IMG/VR virus record: IMGVR_UViG_3300035698_011514
Reading direction: 5' to 3' (one strand)
Origin: an uncultured virus (IMG/VR IMGVR_UViG_3300035698_011514)
Taxonomy: Duplodnaviria; Heunggongvirae; Uroviricota; Caudoviricetes
Length of the DNA: 20,000 nt
The notes below the pieces were generated by a model. The model saw only the letters and a list, made by a program, of their open reading frames with translations. It searched no databases and had not been told where the DNA came from. Positions within the stretch are counted from its first letter, which is position 1. Every line of letters begins with the position of its first letter. Made by a program: the position numbers and the translations under genes. Shown here piece after piece: positions 15,587 to 20,000 of this stretch.

Positions 15587-17742
15587 AAGACCAAACGACT
15601 GTGTCTATCAAAACCCTCCCCATCGAGCTTACTTACGATCAGGCCGTTGAGGCCGTCTACAAGGCGGACTTGGACTGGATTGAGGAGAAGCTACGCGCGC
15701 GCCTGTCCGTCCTTATCGAGTGTGACAAGCAGCTCTCTAACTACATCTATAAGTCGCTGCGTCGTAGGTTCAAGGCGGTGAAGGAAGGTCCCCAGTTGAC
15801 CCTCTTGTCCGGGCACCCGCGCGCGGAAGATCCCGCAACGCCCACACAGCACAACATGACCTTGTGTCAGAGATTGCTGGAGGAGCTTCGAGCCGCGATC
15901 TATGGGGGCGTTGAGGATGGAATCTTGGTGCTAACCCATCTGGACATCCTCACCACCACGACGCGATCTGCGCTCAACGTGGAAGCTCGTGAGGCCGCTG
16001 CGATCATGTATGAGAACCCGGACCTCGTGTTCTTGGGCTTCACAGATCCCGCGTTTGAGATCCCCACCGTGATTGAGAAGGTCTTCACGGTGAAGTACCA
16101 GATCATCGGCATTCCCCGCGATGCTCTCCAGAACATTATCCTCCAGCGCGAGGCGCGTAAGTTCGGCGTGGACTCGTTTAACCCGTTCACGTTGTACAAG
16201 TATGTGTCGGGTTTGAACGCGGTGCGCGCTCGGCAGGTATTCGCGCAGATCGCCGGGCGGGTGGATTACGATCCCATCGCGCCGCAGAGCGTGGACGCGA
16301 TCTATCGAGATATTCGCGCGCTCACGCTGGTGGGCGATCTGGAGATTCCTCGTGTGGATCTAGACAAAGACATCGGAGGTTATCCCGAAGTCAAGGACAA
16401 GATTCAGAAAGAGATCTTGGACCTTCTGGCGATGAAGGATTCATGCTCAACGCCGGAACAGGTCAAGGCTATTGAGACGATCATCCCTCGTGGTATGATC
16501 TTTGAGGGGCCTCCGGGCACGGGTAAGACGTTCTTTGCCAAGGCTATCGCCACAGCCCTGAACGCTACCGTGACGGTCGTGAGCGGGCCTGAGATGAAGT
16601 CCAAGTGGGTTGGAGAGTCTGAGGAGAATCTTCGCCGTGTCTTCGCGCAAGCGCGCAAGTCTGCCCCGTCGATCATCATCTTCGACGAGATCGACTCGTT
16701 CGCTACGGCGCGTGGTACCTACACGGGGTCCGGCGTAGAGCATTCGATGGTCAATCAGCTGCTCACTGAGATGGATGGGTTTCGCAAGGATGAGCTGGTC
16801 TTCATCGTGGCGACTACCAACTTTGCCGAGTCTCTTGATCCCGCGCTCCTCCGTCCGGGACGCTTTGAGCTGGTAATTGAAATCCCCTACCCTGATGAGG
16901 CGGACCGTCGTTCGATTCTTGAGATTTATCGCGCAAAGTTTTCTCTGGACATTTCCCAGACTGTCATGGATTACACCGTGATTCAAACAGGGAGCTTCGT
17001 TGACGGGGGTAAGGGGGTCCGTTACAGCGGGGATCACTTGTATGCGATCATGCGCAGCTTGAAGCGTGAGCAGTTGCGGCGTGGTGGTGCGTTCCCGGTG
17101 ACGTGTGATGATGTGGACTTGGCGCTGCACGGGCCTAAGAAGACAAAGGGTCGTGAGCTTGATCCCAAGGATCGTGAGCGCGTGATCATCCATGAGGCAG
17201 GTCATGCTATCGTCGCCTACACAAGCCGTCATGCTGCACCCGTAGACACGATCTCCGTGGCCAGTCGTGATGATGATGGGTTCTTGGGTTACGTCATGCA
17301 AGATGTCTCCAAGAAGCGCCACCTGTACACACAGCAAGAGCTTGAGGACAACATCTGCATCGCATTGGCGGGGCGGGTCGCGGAGAAGCAAAGGCTTGAT
17401 AGTACGTCAAGCGGCTGTTCCAACGATCTCCAGCAAGCCACTACTATCGCCGCGATGATGGTGGAGGAGCTGGGCATGAGTAGGCTTGGCCGCTCTGTCT
17501 ACAAGCTAGGGTCGGCTGTAGGTCAGGGTCCCAAGCCCCGTGTGATCAGTGACATCACGGCGAGAGAGGTGGATCTGGCGATCCGGAGCATCCTCGAAGA
17601 TATGGAGAGTAAGGTACAGGACACCCTGACGACGTATGGGGATCAGCACATGAAGCTGTGTACCCTCTTGAGGTCGAAGGATACGGTGACGGGAGTGGAG
17701 CTGGCGGACATCTTCTGCGGGCATTCTTTCAAAGAAACCTGA
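15583..17742 (+). CDS. Soluble FtsH-like AAA+ ATPase / M41 zinc protease with a degenerate N-terminal AAA-like domain
   Basis: Walker A GPPGTGKT, pore loop KWVG, Walker B IIIFDEID, SRH ATTN...LDPALLRPGRF, HEAGH, LAGRVAE, SGCSNDLQQAT; no transmembrane segment. Confidence 0.92.
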   Translation: MKDQTTVSIKTLPIELTYDQAVEAVYKADLDWIEEKLRARLSVLIECDKQLSNYIYKSLRRRFKAVKEGPQLTLLSGHPRAEDPATPTQHNMTLCQRLLEELRAAIYGGVEDGILVLTHLDILTTTTRSALNVEAREAAAIMYENPDLVFLGFTDPAFEIPTVIEKVFTVKYQIIGIPRDALQNIILQREARKFGVDSFNPFTLYKYVSGLNAVRARQVFAQIAGRVDYDPIAPQSVDAIYRDIRALTLVGDLEIPRVDLDKDIGGYPEVKDKIQKEILDLLAMKDSCSTPEQVKAIETIIPRGMIFEGPPGTGKTFFAKAIATALNATVTVVSGPEMKSKWVGESEENLRRVFAQARKSAPSIIIFDEIDSFATARGTYTGSGVEHSMVNQLLTEMDGFRKDELVFIVATTNFAESLDPALLRPGRFELVIEIPYPDEADRRSILEIYRAKFSLDISQTVMDYTVIQTGSFVDGGKGVRYSGDHLYAIMRSLKREQLRRGGAFPVTCDDVDLALHGPKKTKGRELDPKDRERVIIHEAGHAIVAYTSRHAAPVDTISVASRDDDGFLGYVMQDVSKKRHLYTQQELEDNICIALAGRVAEKQRLDSTSSGCSNDLQQATTIAAMMVEELGMSRLGRSVYKLGSAVGQGPKPRVISDITAREVDLAIRSILEDMESKVQDTLTTYGDQHMKLCTLLRSKDTVTGVELADIFCGHSFKET

Positions 17743-17751
17743 AAAAGATTT

Positions 17752-17794
17752 GTAGAACCCCCTCAACCTGCGTTCGGGTTGCTGGGGGTTCTAC
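17752..17794. promoter_or_regulatory. Inverted repeat overlapping a variant promoter motif (TTGTAG-N17-TTCGGG, 17750-17778)
   Basis: GTAGAACCCCC-t-CAACCTG-cgtt-CGGGTTG-ct-GGGGGTTCTAC. Confidence 0.6.
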
Positions 17795-17883
17795 TTAGAA
17801 AGGTAATAATGGTGTCTTTCCGAGAACCAAAAACCCCCCGTTATACATCTACATATACCCAATCTCCAGCAATAGAGACCCCT

Positions 17884-18597
17884 ATGGCAACAGACGAAAT
17901 ACCGCTTCCGCAAATGATCGCCTCTTTGAGGGAGGCATTTCATGCGGATAAGGACTCAGGGAATAACAGACCTGAGGATTGGCTAATGAGGATTTACAAC
18001 CATAGCACCCTGATTGAGAACTCTTTGGAGACTATGCTGGAGATAGGGGCGGCGGTTTACATCGCCCCTCCCAGTAAGCGGTATCCATACTTCGCCAAGA
18101 TCCTCCCCCAAGCGATCCGCTATGGGCATGGGGAAGCTCTCAAGACGCTGATCAAGGAAACCGAGGAAGCTCATCAATTCCTCGCCAACACCAAGATCAG
18201 TCTTGAAGAGCAGAAGCAGCTCTTTCTGGCATGGCTTGCTACGGATCAGGGGAAGGCTACTTGGGACAAAAGGGTCGAGAAGGCTATCCACAAGACCTTT
18301 AACGGTCAGTTCAATGAACACCGGGATTTCCTGACGACAGCGGTTCACCAGACGTTAGACCAGACGATCCGTGAGCATGTCGCCAATATCCTCCATGAGG
18401 AAGTGGGTGATGATTTGGCGGTCTTGGTACGGGATGTCAAAGCCGCTCAGGAGGAGGTCATGGACCTCAATCTGATGATCCCTCGCCCGGAGACACCGAT
18501 AGTCAAAGAGAGCTTTTTGGACTTCTCGATCCAAGAGATCACTCTGTCAATCCTCTTGTGGTCTCTTCTGCTCGCGTTTATCTACACCCAGCTCTAA
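17884..18597 (+). CDS. Helical hypothetical protein with a C-terminal membrane anchor
   Basis: Long ORF (start 17884 or 17809, uncertain); ends ITLSILLWSLLLAFIYTQL. Confidence 0.7.
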   Translation: MATDEIPLPQMIASLREAFHADKDSGNNRPEDWLMRIYNHSTLIENSLETMLEIGAAVYIAPPSKRYPYFAKILPQAIRYGHGEALKTLIKETEEAHQFLANTKISLEEQKQLFLAWLATDQGKATWDKRVEKAIHKTFNGQFNEHRDFLTTAVHQTLDQTIREHVANILHEEVGDDLAVLVRDVKAAQEEVMDLNLMIPRPETPIVKESFLDFSIQEITLSILLWSLLLAFIYTQL

Positions 18598-18616
18598 CCA
18601 AATCTAGGAGTTCGCA

Positions 18617-18871
18617 ATGTCTGAAGTCACTATCAAGATGATCGATAAGGGTATGGGGCAGCGCGAGATCACAATTGATCTCGTCTCCGATTCAGATATG
18701 CTCCCCCATGAGCATGAGCAAGAGCATAAGCGCGTGATCGAAACCCTCTTGGGGCAGGGGATCATCAAGGGGTCAGATACCGTCACGGTGACGCGTGGCG
18801 GACAGCCAACAGGTGCCGTGCAGGTGCCTCCTGTACAGGCTCCCCCCGTGAAGCAAAGCCAAGCGACCTGA
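18617..18871 (+). CDS. Small protein resembling an FtsH ternary system accessory domain
   Basis: TAGGAG SD; MSEVTIKMIDKGMGQREITIDLVSDSDMLPHEHEQEHKRVIETLLGQG plus a Pro/Gln tail. Family resemblance is from recall. Confidence 0.7.
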   Translation: MSEVTIKMIDKGMGQREITIDLVSDSDMLPHEHEQEHKRVIETLLGQGIIKGSDTVTVTRGGQPTGAVQVPPVQAPPVKQSQAT

Positions 18872-18963
18872 AAAGATTTTAGGGGATCACGAGAAGCGCG
18901 CGGTATGTCGAAAGCCTCACGTCCTTTGATGTTCGAAACTTCATGTGTAATTATAGGGATTCG

Positions 18964-19200
18964 ATGGTGATTCGCATAGAGTTGGAAGATCCGAAAACTT
19001 TTCATACATGTTTTTGTAACAATAGTTATAACCTTCGGGATTACTTCCTTAACATTTTCGGGTATGATCAAGCTGTTCACTTGGTCTTACCCAAGGGATC
19101 GTCTAAGGATCTACACAAGAAGATCACACAGGTGATCCATGTCGCAGCGACACAGGAGGATTGCCCTTACAATTTCAAAGTCCTAGAGGATATGTGGTGA
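18964..19200 (+). CDS. Hypothetical protein
   Basis: ATG 18964 after AGGGA; stop overlaps the next GTG. Confidence 0.6.
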   Translation: MVIRIELEDPKTFHTCFCNNSYNLRDYFLNIFGYDQAVHLVLPKGSSKDLHKKITQVIHVAATQEDCPYNFKVLEDMW

Positions 19201-19505
19201 AAGAGCTACAAGTGACGTATACGATTGGCTGTAACAAGAACGGGATCGAGCATGTCAAGTATGAGATCCGAATGAACAAGGCTTGGTATCTCTCCCATAC
19301 TTCAGAAGCAATCTTTCCCAAGATTGCGGAGTATATTCATGAAGGCAAAGAAGAGATAGTAATCACAGAATACGCGGCAAACAACGCAGTGGTTAAGTCT
19401 CTGTTAGATGCTTTAGGAGATATGAGCAAGGTCAACACGGGCATGACCGAGCCTAACTTCTACGCGCTCATACTCTTGAAGGCACTCTTAGGTATGTGGG
19501 ATTGA
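19197..19505 (+). CDS. Hypothetical protein
   Basis: GTG start after GAGGA SD; GTGA overlap. Confidence 0.65.
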   Translation: MKELQVTYTIGCNKNGIEHVKYEIRMNKAWYLSHTSEAIFPKIAEYIHEGKEEIVITEYAANNAVVKSLLDALGDMSKVNTGMTEPNFYALILLKALLGMWD

Positions 19506-19546
19506 GGCTTACAAATGAAGACATTACTGAGACTAAAGGCTGAAAC

Positions 19547-19897
19547 ATGCGTCAACCCATAGATTGGAATTCTTACCCTAAAACGATTAGGGTTTTTAAC
19601 GAGCTGATCGTGGACGTACTCCACAGTGATCGAACTTGTGATTATCCCTGTTGTGATGCAAAAGCGCACTTTTTGGTCACGTTACCAGACGTAGATGCCT
19701 TGAGGCTTTGCCCTAAGCACTACATACTGCTCGGCGTTGAAATTCAGAAGACCTTGCCATCTTACCGCTCCTGTGAAGAAGATGGACGTCTCACCTTGGT
19801 CGAAAGCGGGCATCTCACGCTCTCTAGCGAAAGCGTTACGGTGGATCTTCCCCAATCTTGGTGGGTTCGCTTCAAGAATTTTTTCAAGCGAATATGA
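19547..19897 (+). CDS. Hypothetical protein, possible Zn-binding (C-x3-CC...LCPKH)
   Basis: 116-aa ORF, AAGG SD. Confidence 0.65.
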   Translation: MRQPIDWNSYPKTIRVFNELIVDVLHSDRTCDYPCCDAKAHFLVTLPDVDALRLCPKHYILLGVEIQKTLPSYRSCEEDGRLTLVESGHLTLSSESVTVDLPQSWWVRFKNFFKRI

Positions 19898-20000
19898 TCC
19901 CTAACCGTCACAACAGCTGATCTAGCTGATGCTGTGGGGTTGGAGTTTGGATCGCGGGAAGTGGTTTTGGATTGGGAGAATTTTGAATCGCTGTTTGAAT

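Noticed and set aside
16447..17391. 314-aa antisense ORF and other - strand ORFs within 14909-19080
   Set aside because: Shadow frames of GC-rich + strand genes with no recognisable motifs
15583..17742. Canonical housekeeping ftsH
   Set aside because: No N-terminal TM or periplasmic region and no tilS/hpt/folP context, so the symbol is withheld
1..20000. Genome-wide stop-codon reassignment
   Set aside because: TAA, TAG and TGA all end recognisable genes at expected positions (GroES TAA, methyltransferase 1 TAG, protease TGA) and coding density is high under the standard code
1..20000. tRNA, rRNA, transposase or integrase genes
   Set aside because: None recognisable by eye; tRNAscan-SE and Infernal would be needed to exclude divergent RNAs

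Overview
Densely packed, mostly + strand genes with many short hypotheticals and 1-4 nt stop/start overlaps. This most likely comes from the accessory region of a large (jumbo-type) bacteriophage or similar large mobile replicon; no capsid, terminase or replication hallmark gene is visible, so the assignment is inference. Recognisable genes: a CobS/MoxR-like AAA+ ATPase with a CobT-like vWA/HExxH partner carrying a perfect 7x15-bp repeat, two paralogous Dam-like (D12-class) N6-adenine methyltransferases, a candidate divergent sigma70/ECF-like factor, an HExxH metallopeptidase, GroES, an Rnl2-like ligase and two SWIM zinc-finger paralogues. A GC-richer module encodes a soluble FtsH-like AAA+/M41 protease plus two small genes resembling 'FtsH ternary conflict system' components. 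A shared promoter-like motif (T-tract-TTGnnn-N14-GCG-TATG) precedes several transcription units. All product calls rest on motifs read by eye; no database search was run.
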